Assembly: GCA_002687175.1 (NCBI GenBank)
Contig: NYZP01000001.1
Location: 149,607-213,606 of the forward strand
Direction: 5' to 3'
DNA length: 64,000 bases
Source: Parcubacteria group bacterium
GTDB lineage: Bacteria > Patescibacteriota > Patescibacteriia > Buchananbacterales > UBA6539
The position numbers and the translations under genes were made by a program. The notes under the pieces are model-generated. The model was not told the DNA's origin. It saw nothing but the letters and a program-made list of their open reading frames with translations, and made no database searches. Shown piece after piece: positions 48,470 through 58,483 of the stretch (its first letter is position 1; every line of letters starts with the position of its first letter).

Positions 48470-48520
48470 TTAATTAAAAAAATACCCGCTAGATCAATTC
48501 TAGCGGGTATTTAAAATTAA
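48470..48520. terminator. Bidirectional intrinsic terminator
   Basis: ACCCGCTAG-atcaattc-CTAGCGGGT flanked by A-run and T-run. Confidence 0.55.
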
Positions 48521-48524
48521 ATTT

Positions 48525-49268
48525 TTAGTTTAACAAACCATCAATAATTGTAGTAAAGGTGGCCAGAGGATAAGCTCCTTTTACTAATTCACTGTTAACG
48601 AAAGTTCCCGGGGTTCCAGTGATTCCAGCTGCTTGAGCTTCGGCTGCTTGACCATTAACTTTACTGGCATACTTATCTGAATCAAGACAGCTATCAAACT
48701 GACTTTGATTTAAACCAAGATTACCAGCGTATGATTTAAGATTAGTGATTTGTAAAGCAGTTTGATTTTCAAACAAGGTATCATGATATTCCCAAAATTG
48801 GCCCTGTTCACCAGCACATTCAGAGGCCTCGGCCGCTTTTTGAGCTTGAGGGTGAATTGAGTTTAAAGGAAAGTGTCGGTAAACCAATCGAACGTCACCT
48901 TCATACTGTTCTAATACTTGTTCAAGGGTTGGGATGTGTCTTTGACAAAATGGACACTGAAAATCAGAGTACTCTATTAACGTTACCGAAGCATCTACAT
49001 TACCTCTAATGTGATCAGCGTCAGTCACTTCAGCCACCTTGGAACTATCTCCAGTAGAAGGCGGGGATGGAGGTGTTGGTGAAGGCGTTGGAGCAGTGTT
49101 AGTACCGGCTACTGAATCACTGGTAGTTCCTGGTTGATTATCGGTTAACATAACTGCTAGAGCAATAACACTAACAATGGCAATACCTCCTACCAAACCC
49201 ATTACCAAACTTTGCTTGGACGACATGTCAAAAAAATCTCGTTCAGACATAAATTTCAAATTAATCAA
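48525..49268 (-). CDS. DsbA-like thiol:disulfide oxidoreductase with N-terminal TM anchor
   Basis: YSDFQCPFCQRH CxxC motif. Confidence 0.65.
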   Translation of the reverse strand: MINLKFMSERDFFDMSSKQSLVMGLVGGIAIVSVIALAVMLTDNQPGTTSDSVAGTNTAPTPSPTPPSPPSTGDSSKVAEVTDADHIRGNVDASVTLIEYSDFQCPFCQRHIPTLEQVLEQYEGDVRLVYRHFPLNSIHPQAQKAAEASECAGEQGQFWEYHDTLFENQTALQITNLKSYAGNLGLNQSQFDSCLDSDKYASKVNGQAAEAQAAGITGTPGTFVNSELVKGAYPLATFTTIIDGLLN

Positions 49269-49306
49269 TAATTAAATCTTTTTTATTATATGATAACTAT
49301 GTTATT

Positions 49307-50779
49307 TTAGTCAACATTGGGCTTTTTGGTGTGCCAATCAGTTGCCTGCTGATATTGATGCCCAACTCTTAAAATAGTTCCTTCGTCAAACTGCTTTCCA
49401 ATAATTTGCAGACCCACGGGTAGCTCTTTTTCGCCATCTTTTGGTTTAGCCATGCCACACGGCAGAGAAACTCCAGGCAGCCCAGCAATATTAGCTGTTA
49501 CTGTAAAAACATCATTTAAATACATAGTGATAGGATCTTCAATTTTTTCACCTAATTTAAAAGCTGGCGTAGGAGTTGTGGGGGTTACCAAACAATCAAC
49601 CTGTTTAAAAACATTTTCAAAATCTTTTTTAATTAGAGTTCTAACTTTTTGAGCTTTTAGATAGTAAGCATCATAGTAACCAGCAGATAATGAATAGGTT
49701 CCAACCATTATGCGTCTCCGTACTTCATCTCCAAAACCAGTTGCCTTAGTTTTTAAATATTGATCTAAAAGATTTTCTGCTGGTTCAACACTACCATACC
49801 TAATACCATCATAACGTGCTAAATTTGAACTTAATTCGGATGGCATAATAATATAGTAAACCGGTAAACCATATTTAGTATGAGGTAAGCTAACATCAAC
49901 AATTTCTGCTCCTAAATCTTTTAATTGATCAATTGCTTGTTTAACAACTTTTTCAACTTCTGGATCAATACCTTCAATAAAATATTCTTTTGGTATTCCA
50001 ATTTTTAATCCTTTAATGTCTTTATTAATTTCGTTAACATAGTCAGGAACATCTTTATTTACTATAGTGGAATCTTTTTTATCCAAGCTGGCAATTTGTT
50101 TTAAAACAATAGCTGCGTCTTCTACCGTTTTCGTTACTGGACCAACTTGATCTAAAGATGATGCCATGGCAATTACTCCATAACGGGAAACTCGTCCATA
50201 AGTTGGCTTTAGTCCTACCACGCCTGTCAGAGAAGCTGGCTGTCTAATTGAGCCTCCAGTGTCAGTACCAAGAGCATAAATACATTGATCAGCTGACACC
50301 GAAGCGGTTGAACCTCCAGAGCTGCCACCAGGAACCCTCTCTAAATCCCAGGGATTTTTGGTCTGGCCAAAGTAAGAAGTTTCAGTTGATGATCCACAAG
50401 CAAATTCATCCATATTAGTTTTACCAACAATAACTGCATCATCCCCTAAATTTTTAACCGCTGTTGAAGAGTACGGTGGGGTATAATTTTCTAAAATTTT
50501 TGAAGCGGCCGTGGTTTTAATATCCTTAGTACAAAAAATATCTTTTATGCCGACAGGAATACCGGACAAGGGATTTTCAAAATTTTCTGCATCATCAACC
50601 TTCTTGGCCTTAGCCAGGGCTTCATCTTTAGTAACCGTAATAAAAGCTTTTAGCTTTTCGTCTGTCTTTTCAATATTATCTAAACAAACTTGGGTTAACT
50701 CAACTGAAGAAAATTCTTTTTTCTTCAAACCTTCATTGGCCTGTTTGATTGTCAGTTCGTTTAAATTCATACTATTCAA
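49307..50779 (-). CDS. gatA: Glu-tRNA(Gln) amidotransferase subunit A
   Basis: Amidase signature [11 protein letters not shown]...[12 protein letters not shown]. 490 aa. Confidence 0.9.
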   Translation of the reverse strand: MNSMNLNELTIKQANEGLKKKEFSSVELTQVCLDNIEKTDEKLKAFITVTKDEALAKAKKVDDAENFENPLSGIPVGIKDIFCTKDIKTTAASKILENYTPPYSSTAVKNLGDDAVIVGKTNMDEFACGSSTETSYFGQTKNPWDLERVPGGSSGGSTASVSADQCIYALGTDTGGSIRQPASLTGVVGLKPTYGRVSRYGVIAMASSLDQVGPVTKTVEDAAIVLKQIASLDKKDSTIVNKDVPDYVNEINKDIKGLKIGIPKEYFIEGIDPEVEKVVKQAIDQLKDLGAEIVDVSLPHTKYGLPVYYIIMPSELSSNLARYDGIRYGSVEPAENLLDQYLKTKATGFGDEVRRRIMVGTYSLSAGYYDAYYLKAQKVRTLIKKDFENVFKQVDCLVTPTTPTPAFKLGEKIEDPITMYLNDVFTVTANIAGLPGVSLPCGMAKPKDGEKELPVGLQIIGKQFDEGTILRVGHQYQQATDWHTKKPNVD

Positions 50780-51065
50780 ACACTGCTTTGGTCTTAATTA
50801 AATCATCTTCGGTTTTGGGTGCTTGCTTAAGTAATTTATCACGGACTTCCTTGTCAGTTTCTTCAACTGAGTCTTCACGCATCACATTTTCCAACCCAGT
50901 CACTTGAGCACTTGGCTCAACACCATCAGTCTTAACTTCTTTTAACTGTTCAACATAATCTAAAATAGAGGAAAGCTGAGTAGTAAACTTCTCTTTTTCC
51001 TCTTCAGTTAAGCCCAGACGGGCTAATATGGCTATTTTTTCGACTTCTTCTTTAGATAAAGACAT
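50772..51065 (-). CDS. gatC: Glu-tRNA(Gln) amidotransferase subunit C
   Basis: 97 aa, [21 protein letters not shown], overlaps gatA by 8 bp. Confidence 0.8.
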   Translation of the reverse strand: MSLSKEEVEKIAILARLGLTEEEKEKFTTQLSSILDYVEQLKEVKTDGVEPSAQVTGLENVMREDSVEETDKEVRDKLLKQAPKTEDDLIKTKAVFE

Positions 51066-51168
51066 AAATAATACCTATATAGTATAGCCACAATTTATCC
51101 ATTTGACAACCTAAAACAGTAATGATATCATTTTTATTATTCCAATAAACTATTTTGTTTTATTGGTA

Positions 51169-51293
51169 GGGCTTGTAGCTCAGGGGTAGAGCGTCTGAGA
51201 CCAACATTTTAATCAATCAGTGAGGGTACCCGATCTGTGCGATGATGTTGGAAAATCAGAAAGTCAGGGGTTCAAATCCCTTCAGGCCCACCA
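51169..51293 (+). tRNA. tRNA (Ile-like acceptor and T-arm) with a ~50-nt intervening sequence in the anticodon loop; anticodon unresolved
   Basis: GGGCTTG-TA-GCTCAGGGGTAGAGC-G-TCTGA-[57 nt: GACCAACAT...ATGTTGGAAAA]-TCAGA-AAGTC-AGGGGTTCAAATCCCTT-CAGGCCC-A-CCA. The insert has a 7-bp stem CCAACAT/ATGTTGG. Followed by TTTTTT. Confidence 0.55.
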
Positions 51294-51310
51294 TTTTTTG
51301 TTCTTAAAGA

Positions 51311-51390
51311 GCTGGGGTAGCTCAGTGGTAGAGCTGTTGACTTCTTCGGATAGTTGATGGTCGGGGGTTCAAATCCCTCCTCCAGCTCCA
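51311..51390 (+). tRNA. Atypical tRNA, candidate tRNA-Arg(UCG) with an apparently extended (8-bp, G:U-rich) anticodon stem
   Basis: GCTGGGG-TA-GCTC-AGTGGTA-GAGC, anticodon loop CUUCGGA, GGGGG-TTCAAAT-CCCTC T-arm, CTCCAGC-T-CCA. There are 28 nt between the D and T stems where 22-23 are expected. Direct repeat GTTGA...GTTGA. Confidence 0.45.
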
Positions 51391-51394
51391 ATTA

Positions 51395-51953
51395 CTTTTG
51401 ATCCGGTCCCCGCTGAAAAGTGGCGATACGTCTATTTGACAGAACCGAGGGGTTCTCCAAACAGAGAAGACAGGGTAATGTCACCGGATCTTGGAACGGA
51501 TGTCCTCGGACATAGTGTTCTCCCCCTATCTAGGGCGAACTAATGCGCAAGCATTATTACTTCAGACTTTGGTCTGACCGTTCCGCCAATGTTTCAACTT
51601 TGTCTCGAATTCGCAAGAGGCGAGACGAGTTGACCCCGGACACTCAGACTGCACCCCCAGCCTGAGTGTCCACTCTACATTTTTTCCAGCCTGAATCCCT
51701 TGCGGCCAGGCTGTCACCTGGGGTCACCTGGATAACCCGAGTCTGGGTGACCCCTCTATTACAATGTCCCGCGCTCAAGCGCTTGGCATAGGCACATCTT
51801 TATCTTCAAAAGCCCAAACAAACTCGACGAGACCATGATTTGGTGCAACCCTTCAAAAGAGGATCCCGGGATTCTCTGGCGCTAGGCGTTCAATCCTTTC
51901 ATGTCTTTCGAAAAAAAATCGCTCTTAGCTGTGAGCGGCGTAACGGGCTCCTA
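51395..51953 (+). other. GC-rich, ORF-free, hairpin-dense block ending in a plus-strand terminator; candidate structured RNA of undetermined family
   Basis: Perfect 10-bp hairpin GGACACTCAG-actgcacccccagc-CTGAGTGTCC, GGGTCACC...GGTGACCC, GTCTCG-aattcgcaagag-GCGAGAC, GAACC-gagg-GGTTC. No RNase P (GGAAAGTCCGGGC / ACAGAA..GCTTA in the right order), tmRNA or SRP (GGAAGGAAGCAGC) hallmark was found by eye. Confidence 0.4.
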
Positions 51954-51979
51954 GAAGGTGATGTGCCTTCTTTTTTTAC
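51954..51979 (+). terminator. Intrinsic terminator
   Basis: AGAAGG-tgatgtg-CCTTCT followed by TTTTTT. Overlaps the ligA stop on the opposite strand. Confidence 0.5.
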
Positions 51980-53997
51980 TTTAATAATTTTAAAAACTCT
52001 TTCTCCTCAATAACCTTAACTCCCAAGTCCTTGGCTTTTTGTAACTTTGATCCAGGGTTTTCACCAACTACCAGGTAATCAGTATTCTTAGAAACCGAAG
52101 ATACCCAGTCCCCTCCAACTTGTCGGATTTTCTGTTTAGCTTCATCGCGAGATAAAGAAGAGAGTGAACCAGTAACCACAATTTTTCTACCAGTTAATGG
52201 TCCAGATTTAATTGAAACTTTTTGATTCTGGACATCAACTCCAACACTTGCTAAATCATCAAGTAACTTTAAATTATTTTTATCACTAAACCAATCGGCG
52301 ATACTTTGTGCCACAATCGGACCAATATCTTCCACTGATTCTAAGTCACTGTCTGATAATTTTTTAATCTTGGCTAAACTGCCAAATTTATTTGCCAAAG
52401 CAATCGCCGTTTCTTCACCAACGTTAGCTATTCCTAAAGAATATAAAAATTTAGGTAAAGTTATTGTCTTAACCTGGTTAATTGAGTCAAGCAAGTTGTC
52501 AGCAGATTTTTCAGCAAAGCGTTCTAAGCCAACCAGGTCATCTTTTTCTAATCTAAAAATATCGGCCGGAGTTTTTAGTAAACCTTCCTCCATTAATTGA
52601 ACCACAATTTTTTCTCCCAACCCGTCAATATTAAAAGCCTTCTTGGATACAAAATGAATTACTCCTCGTTGTTGTTGAGCAAAACACTGTTTATTGGTAC
52701 AAAACAGATCAACGCTATCACTACCTTTCTCAGCGCGTTTTTGAGTTATTGCCGAACCGCAAGCCGGACACTTATGAGGCATAACAAACTTCTTTTCTTT
52801 ACCTGTTCGTAGCTTTGTTAAGACAGACACCACTTCGGGAATAATTTCTCCAGCCTTACGAATGACTACAGTATCACCAATTTTCACTCCCAAGCGTTTA
52901 ATCTGGTCTTCATTATGTAACGTTGCACGCTTGACCGTTGTTCCGGCCAGTTTAACCGGGCGGAGGTGGGCCACTGGCGTGAGGGTGCCAAGCCGACCGA
53001 CTTGAACCGTAATATTTTCAATGACCGTTGTAACTTTTTCAGCGGCAAATTTGAAAGCAATGGTTGATCGAGGCGCTTTGCCAACAAACCCTAAACGATC
53101 TCGATAATCAACACTATTAATTTTAACCACCACCCCATCAATCCAATATGGTTCTGACTTCCGTTTTTTATCCCAAGTTTTCCAGAAACTGATCACTTCC
53201 TCTAAATTTTTACACACCTGGTAATGCTGATTAACTTTAAAACCTAATTTTTTTAGCTCTTCAAGTTTTGCCAACTGATTAGTTGGTATTTTATCGGTAC
53301 CGCCAGACCAGGAATAAATAAAACAGTCCAGTTTTCTTTTAGCCGCTACTTTAGGGTCTAATTGTCTAATGGTACCGGCCGCAGCGTTACGAGGATTAGC
53401 GAATTCTGGTTGGCCATCTTTCTTTCTTTGTTTATTAATCAAATTAAGCTGTTTTTCTGACAACCAAACTTCTCCTTCAACGATAATGTTAGCTGGTTTT
53501 TTTAATTTTAATGGAACGCTTTGAATAGTTTTTATATTTTTGGTAACATCTTCGCCAATCTGGCCATCACCACGTGTAGCCGCCGTCACTAAAACTCCAT
53601 TTTCATAAGTGAAAACAATGTGCAAGCCGTCAATTTTAATTTCACAGACATATTCTAGCTTTGGCTTATGCCCTAAATTTTTAATTAATAATTTTTCAAT
53701 TCTTTCTTGCCAATCAAAAAGTTCCGCTTCCGAAAAAGCATCATTAAAAGACCACTGACGTACTTGATGTTTTACTTTTACAAATTTATCAAGCGGTTCT
53801 CCGCCAATTCTTTCCAATGGAGAATCAGCACGTTTTAAATCCGGAAATTCTTTTTCTAACTTAGCTAATTCTTGCTGCAAAGAATCATAAACCTCATCAC
53901 TCACTGCCGGATCATCCAAAACATGATAGCGCTTCCGCAAATCATCAATTTGTACAACCAGTTTGTCTATTCTGTTTTTAGCTGACTTTTTATCCAT
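51976..53997 (-). CDS. ligA: NAD-dependent DNA ligase
   Basis: KIDGL adenylation motif, Zn-finger cysteines, HhH and C-terminal BRCT. 673 aa. Confidence 0.95.
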   Translation of the reverse strand: MDKKSAKNRIDKLVVQIDDLRKRYHVLDDPAVSDEVYDSLQQELAKLEKEFPDLKRADSPLERIGGEPLDKFVKVKHQVRQWSFNDAFSEAELFDWQERIEKLLIKNLGHKPKLEYVCEIKIDGLHIVFTYENGVLVTAATRGDGQIGEDVTKNIKTIQSVPLKLKKPANIIVEGEVWLSEKQLNLINKQRKKDGQPEFANPRNAAAGTIRQLDPKVAAKRKLDCFIYSWSGGTDKIPTNQLAKLEELKKLGFKVNQHYQVCKNLEEVISFWKTWDKKRKSEPYWIDGVVVKINSVDYRDRLGFVGKAPRSTIAFKFAAEKVTTVIENITVQVGRLGTLTPVAHLRPVKLAGTTVKRATLHNEDQIKRLGVKIGDTVVIRKAGEIIPEVVSVLTKLRTGKEKKFVMPHKCPACGSAITQKRAEKGSDSVDLFCTNKQCFAQQQRGVIHFVSKKAFNIDGLGEKIVVQLMEEGLLKTPADIFRLEKDDLVGLERFAEKSADNLLDSINQVKTITLPKFLYSLGIANVGEETAIALANKFGSLAKIKKLSDSDLESVEDIGPIVAQSIADWFSDKNNLKLLDDLASVGVDVQNQKVSIKSGPLTGRKIVVTGSLSSLSRDEAKQKIRQVGGDWVSSVSKNTDYLVVGENPGSKLQKAKDLGVKVIEEKEFLKLLK

Positions 53998-54006
53998 AAA
54001 AACTAA

Positions 54007-54924
54007 TTAATTTTTTTCAATTTTTTCTTCGGAGAATAATACAAAATCATAAAGGCCAGAAAGTGACGGACGAACTGGAGCTCTGACTTTTACTCGCTGA
54101 AATGAGTTACCAAAAATTGACTCCGAATCAATTAGCAGTCGGCCGGGAATTGGTAGCTGAGCACCTGAAGTTTTATTAAATACATTTAATACAAGCGAGA
54201 CAGGCCCATCATATTCATCTATAGGATAACCAAACTTAAATGTATAAGAGCACTGTTCTAAAATACTTATCCTATCAACTGAAGTAATTGGAAAAGGAGA
54301 GAAAGATATTGGTGTTATTTCTTTTAAAACAGGCGGTTTAGTTAAACAATCGGAAGCTTGAGGATTTGTAACATTTAAAATCTTAGTTAAGTTAATCAAC
54401 TCAGTATTCCAATATATTTGAAGATTATCGATTACTAATTCTAGGCGGCCAATGTCAGATTTGAATGATTGGAATGGATTAAATAAATCAATTTGAAACG
54501 AATCACCCTTTTTTAAAACAATAGAAAAATCAAAAGTGTTAGTGGCATTAACCGACCAGTCACCCCGGGCACTTAAACCACTATCATCTATATTAACACA
54601 GGGAGCTGTTGGTTCATTAGTACAAAATCCCGTATTTTGACAAGCACAAAGTGCCGGAGGGTTACAAGCAATATCGGGAAACTCTTCAATAATTCGACAG
54701 TCCCTAACTGCTTCACGGTGTCTAATCTGTTGCAGTGCTCGCTCTACGCCACTTTCTGCTAAGTAGCGAGATTGGATTGACTGATCTATTAAGCGTGATT
54801 GCAAGATATCCCTAATAATCAAATTAGAAAATAAAACCGCTCCGCCAATGGCAACCGCAATCAAAATAACGGCTAAGATTAAAATCATTCCCGATTGATT
54901 TTTTGGTTGAGACTTTATTTTCAT
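54007..54924 (-). CDS. Pseudopilin/minor pilin-like protein
   Basis: N-terminal hydrophobic helix GMILILAVILIAVAIGGAVLF. Cys-rich middle. Confidence 0.45.
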   Translation of the reverse strand: MKIKSQPKNQSGMILILAVILIAVAIGGAVLFSNLIIRDILQSRLIDQSIQSRYLAESGVERALQQIRHREAVRDCRIIEEFPDIACNPPALCACQNTGFCTNEPTAPCVNIDDSGLSARGDWSVNATNTFDFSIVLKKGDSFQIDLFNPFQSFKSDIGRLELVIDNLQIYWNTELINLTKILNVTNPQASDCLTKPPVLKEITPISFSPFPITSVDRISILEQCSYTFKFGYPIDEYDGPVSLVLNVFNKTSGAQLPIPGRLLIDSESIFGNSFQRVKVRAPVRPSLSGLYDFVLFSEEKIEKN

Positions 54925-54927
54925 AAA

Positions 54928-55731
54928 TTATCTTTTATAAATTCGGCTTAAAACCGTAGTTTGCAAAAAAACTATTTTTCTGTCTTCTGGTCTAACGGTT
55001 ACTGACTCAAACCCTACGACAATAGTTACTCGAGGTTGATTATCAAAAGGTAGACAAATTCCAACACCGCCAGGATCCGGACAATTGTTAGTGGAACACT
55101 CTGAATCTTGACTACATTGACAAAATCCAATTTCGGCAACATCAGAACATTTTCCACCTGGACATTGAATATCGCTGGTACAAACATTACCGGCATTACT
55201 ACCACCTTCACAAACTCTTTTTAAAGTACATGAATTACTTAGGCAATCGGTATCTTCATTACATCGATCGGCTGTGGAAAATGGGTTAGTTGTCGGGTCA
55301 ATATAAAATAAAAGTTTAACGACATTTATTTCACTTGGATCCGTAAATGAAGAAACTTGTTCCTTAACTTTTATTTTCACCACACCTTTACCACTACCGC
55401 TGTCAGTTTCTAGAAAATAACTAAACTCATTATTACTTTCATCGACAAGATGTAATTCTTTTTCATCATCCTGGATTCCGGCAACAGTATCCAAGTCATA
55501 AGACTTAGTATAATCAATCTCTGATATTCTAATTTGTTGTGCCATACTTTCCATAGTAAAGCGTAAGTTATCAATTGATGTTTGCCTGAAAGAGGCTTGA
55601 CGTTGAGATTGCAAAGATAAAATAAAAACTGTAATAATTACGGTCACCAGAACAACAAAAATACCCATGGCAACAATAATTTCCATTAAGGTGAACCCCT
55701 GTTTATTATTATTCAAATTATTTCCAAGCAT
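54928..55731 (-). CDS. Type IV pilin-like protein with a Cys-rich C-terminal domain
   Basis: QGFTLMEIIVAMGIFVVLV prepilin motif and more than 14 cysteines C-terminally. Confidence 0.6.
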   Translation of the reverse strand: MLGNNLNNNKQGFTLMEIIVAMGIFVVLVTVIITVFILSLQSQRQASFRQTSIDNLRFTMESMAQQIRISEIDYTKSYDLDTVAGIQDDEKELHLVDESNNEFSYFLETDSGSGKGVVKIKVKEQVSSFTDPSEINVVKLLFYIDPTTNPFSTADRCNEDTDCLSNSCTLKRVCEGGSNAGNVCTSDIQCPGGKCSDVAEIGFCQCSQDSECSTNNCPDPGGVGICLPFDNQPRVTIVVGFESVTVRPEDRKIVFLQTTVLSRIYKR

Positions 55732-56287
55732 AAAGAAAACTTTCTAAAGTAACTTGTCGATCTCGGCCCCGCTCCAGCCAGCTTACTTCCGAGGTAACCT
55801 TAACACCAATTTTCTGTCCTGTGCTACATGGCGGTGAAACTTCAATGGTTTCACCATCATCTAAACAAATATCGTCTAGAGTTAAAATACGACGAAACTC
55901 TGATGGCTGACCACTGCCATCATGACTATAAAGACCTCGGCTAAGACCACTGGATATATACAGCAGATCATCGGTAAAATCAAAATTTAAACTCCAAGTA
56001 TTAGTAACAATATCAAATTCGGCCGTAGCGACATTTTTAGTCGCGTCAGTCAGACCTTCATCCCAAGCTACTCCGGCCAGCCAATTACTGTCACGAATAC
56101 TACGAACAACTTCAATACCTTCACGCGCCAAATTATTAGCCACTATCTGAAACTCACTTTCTTTCTGCCCAACAATGTTAGATGTTGTCAGTGCTAAAAC
56201 AGCCGAGAGTGCCATAACTAAAATTGTAAGAGCAATAACTACCTCTAATAAACTTTGGCCTGATTGTGACTCTTTCAAATTTTTCAT
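55718..56287 (-). CDS. Prepilin-type N-terminal domain protein
   Basis: GQSLLEVVIALTILVMALSAV. Confidence 0.55.
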   Translation of the reverse strand: MKNLKESQSGQSLLEVVIALTILVMALSAVLALTTSNIVGQKESEFQIVANNLAREGIEVVRSIRDSNWLAGVAWDEGLTDATKNVATAEFDIVTNTWSLNFDFTDDLLYISSGLSRGLYSHDGSGQPSEFRRILTLDDICLDDGETIEVSPPCSTGQKIGVKVTSEVSWLERGRDRQVTLESFLYAWK

Positions 56288-56928
56288 AAACTAAAATCAC
56301 TAACCACTAATCCAGAGAGAACCGACACATAGAAATAAGCCTCTTGGCCAGTTTCCGTATGTCTAATTTTTCCACCAACAAAAATAAATTTAGTACTAAA
56401 ATTATCTTCAGACGGAACAGCCGTAATCTCACCTGGTGCCGAAAAAATTATTTCTAGCGGATTGATTGATTGACTTAAGGTGTCCCAGTTTCCCTCACAG
56501 GGAAGTCCGCTAGCAACTGTATCATCTGTCAATCCACAAAATTCTATAAACTCAATCTTGTCTAATTCAAACTTATCAATTTCGATTTCACCGGTAGTAT
56601 CAACGGCAAATAAAGTTACTTCATCGGGTGTGGGGCTTGGTAAAATTTCAAAACGAATACCATAGCCACCATCAGGAAAAATTTCATTCGGTGGTGGCAC
56701 TGGATTATCGATCAATTGCCCACCTAAATTCATATTACGCACAGTGGTCACTCCATTTACAATTTTTTTTACAATACCTTCAAAATTAACAATATTTTCA
56801 GCGGTGTTAAAATTGACCAACACAAAACTAAATAAAATTATAATAATTGATATTGACACAATCAAATCAATAACCGTGAATCCTTTATTATTTTTTAAAA
56901 AGTTATAAGACCGTCTAAATTTAAACAT
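56284..56928 (-). CDS. Prepilin-type N-terminal domain protein
   Basis: KGFTVIDLIVSISIIIILF. Confidence 0.55.
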   Translation of the reverse strand: MFKFRRSYNFLKNNKGFTVIDLIVSISIIIILFSFVLVNFNTAENIVNFEGIVKKIVNGVTTVRNMNLGGQLIDNPVPPPNEIFPDGGYGIRFEILPSPTPDEVTLFAVDTTGEIEIDKFELDKIEFIEFCGLTDDTVASGLPCEGNWDTLSQSINPLEIIFSAPGEITAVPSEDNFSTKFIFVGGKIRHTETGQEAYFYVSVLSGLVVSDFSL

Positions 56929-57670
56929 AGAGCAAACGTAGATACCAATTTAATATAACCTGACCATAAATAAGGCTAACTAAAGTTGCCACAGTTAGAA
57001 ATGGACCAAACGGAACTTGGGATGACATCTTTTTTTTATTAAGAGCAATTAAACTTAGGCCAAAAATTGCACCAATTAAATAGGCCAAAAATAAAGCCAC
57101 TAACAAGAGCTGCCAACCAAGTATTAAACCCATTAGTATTCCTAAGCGAATGTCGCCACCACCAACCCACTTACCTTTAGAGATAAAATACTGAGCTGCA
57201 AAAAAACCTCCCCCAATTAAAGCACCAATAATCAAATTAAATAAACTCAACCCAAGGATTAAATTTGCAACAAATGCCACTACCATCGCCGGCAGCGAAA
57301 CCTTGTCCAGAATTAAATAGTGTTTAAGATCATAAACAAAGATGATAATCAGAAAACTGACAAAGACTACATAACTAAAAAATTTAAAAGACAATCCAAA
57401 ATTAAAATAGAGTAAGACAAAAATTAAGGCCGTAGCTATTTCAATAACTAAATATTGCCACGATATTTTTTTATCACACTGGCGACATCGAGCTTTTAAA
57501 ATTAAGAAACTTAAAACCGGAATATTATCGTACCAACTAATTATTTTTTTGCAATTTGGGCAGTGTGATCTGCCTCCTAAAAATGATTTTTTTGTTCCTA
57601 AACGTAAAATAACTACATTTAAAAAACTTCCGCTGGCTAAGCCAAAAAGAAAAATAATTAAAAATATCAT
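56921..57670 (-). CDS. pilD: Prepilin peptidase (A24 family)
   Basis: CPNC...C..C zinc-binding N-terminus, polytopic, ~250 aa. Confidence 0.8.
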   Translation of the reverse strand: MIFLIIFLFGLASGSFLNVVILRLGTKKSFLGGRSHCPNCKKIISWYDNIPVLSFLILKARCRQCDKKISWQYLVIEIATALIFVLLYFNFGLSFKFFSYVVFVSFLIIIFVYDLKHYLILDKVSLPAMVVAFVANLILGLSLFNLIIGALIGGGFFAAQYFISKGKWVGGGDIRLGILMGLILGWQLLLVALFLAYLIGAIFGLSLIALNKKKMSSQVPFGPFLTVATLVSLIYGQVILNWYLRLLYV

Positions 57671-57825
57671 GCCTTAATTTTACCTTGAGGCATTAAATAA
57701 GGCAAACTTAAATTTATCTTAAACTAAACCAAAAACCCTGCAAAAAAAGCAGGGTTTTTAATTGAATTTATTTGTGAAATTCTGAATCTTCTGTAAATTT
57801 ATGACCAGAATAATAACGTTAGCTA

Positions 57826-58401
57826 CTACGGGCAAACACCGTCTGAGATACCTGAAGGTGTCGCACATTTATCACCACCACTTAAATCACCCGCTCCACC
57901 TTCTAAGTAAAAGTCTATTGTATAGGTGACACATTCCCCAAAATCTTCACAAGCTATAGGTACCTCATCACCAGTCTCGGCCGCGTAAACAAAATCATAA
58001 GTTGGTGATTGTGGATCATCTGGTACTAAACCAATATATATCGGATCACTGCAACTTGTATCAAATCCACCACCATCAAGACAATCTACATCTACTCCTA
58101 AGGTATAGCTGCTACTAGCACCGAGATCTGGATAGCTGGTGTTAGAATTAAAAAATAGCTCAAGGGCTGTCTGAATATTTTTAACGTCAGCGACCCTTTT
58201 GGCATCTCGTGATTTCTCGCGAGCTGAGTCTAAAGCAATAGCGGCAAAAGTTGCTAACAGGCCAATAATAGCAATAACCACTAAGAGTTCTATTAAAGTA
58301 AACCCAGCACCTTTTTTAGATGTTAAGTGGTTAGATTGTTTATGTCCCAGCAAAAGGTGCTGGGTAAAACCTTTTTTCTTCATGTTTCCACCTCCTTTCA
58401 A
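57826..58401 (-). CDS. Type IV pilin
   Basis: KKGAGFTLIELLVVIAIIGLLATFA. Confidence 0.65.
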   Translation of the reverse strand: MKGGGNMKKKGFTQHLLLGHKQSNHLTSKKGAGFTLIELLVVIAIIGLLATFAAIALDSAREKSRDAKRVADVKNIQTALELFFNSNTSYPDLGASSSYTLGVDVDCLDGGGFDTSCSDPIYIGLVPDDPQSPTYDFVYAAETGDEVPIACEDFGECVTYTIDFYLEGGAGDLSGGDKCATPSGISDGVCP

Positions 58402-58483
58402 GCCTTTAATATAAATAAAGGCTTTATTTTGATGTTAATTTATATACTTAATTATACTAATTTTTCACAATTTTAACAATAAG

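Noticed and set aside
51395-51953. Group II intron domain V, tmRNA or RNase P assignment for the large GC-rich block
   Set aside because: The DV-sized hairpin at ~51480 has AAC rather than the AGC triad and a CUCG rather than a GNRA loop. There is no IEP ORF and no tRNA-like 3' end. It is left unassigned.
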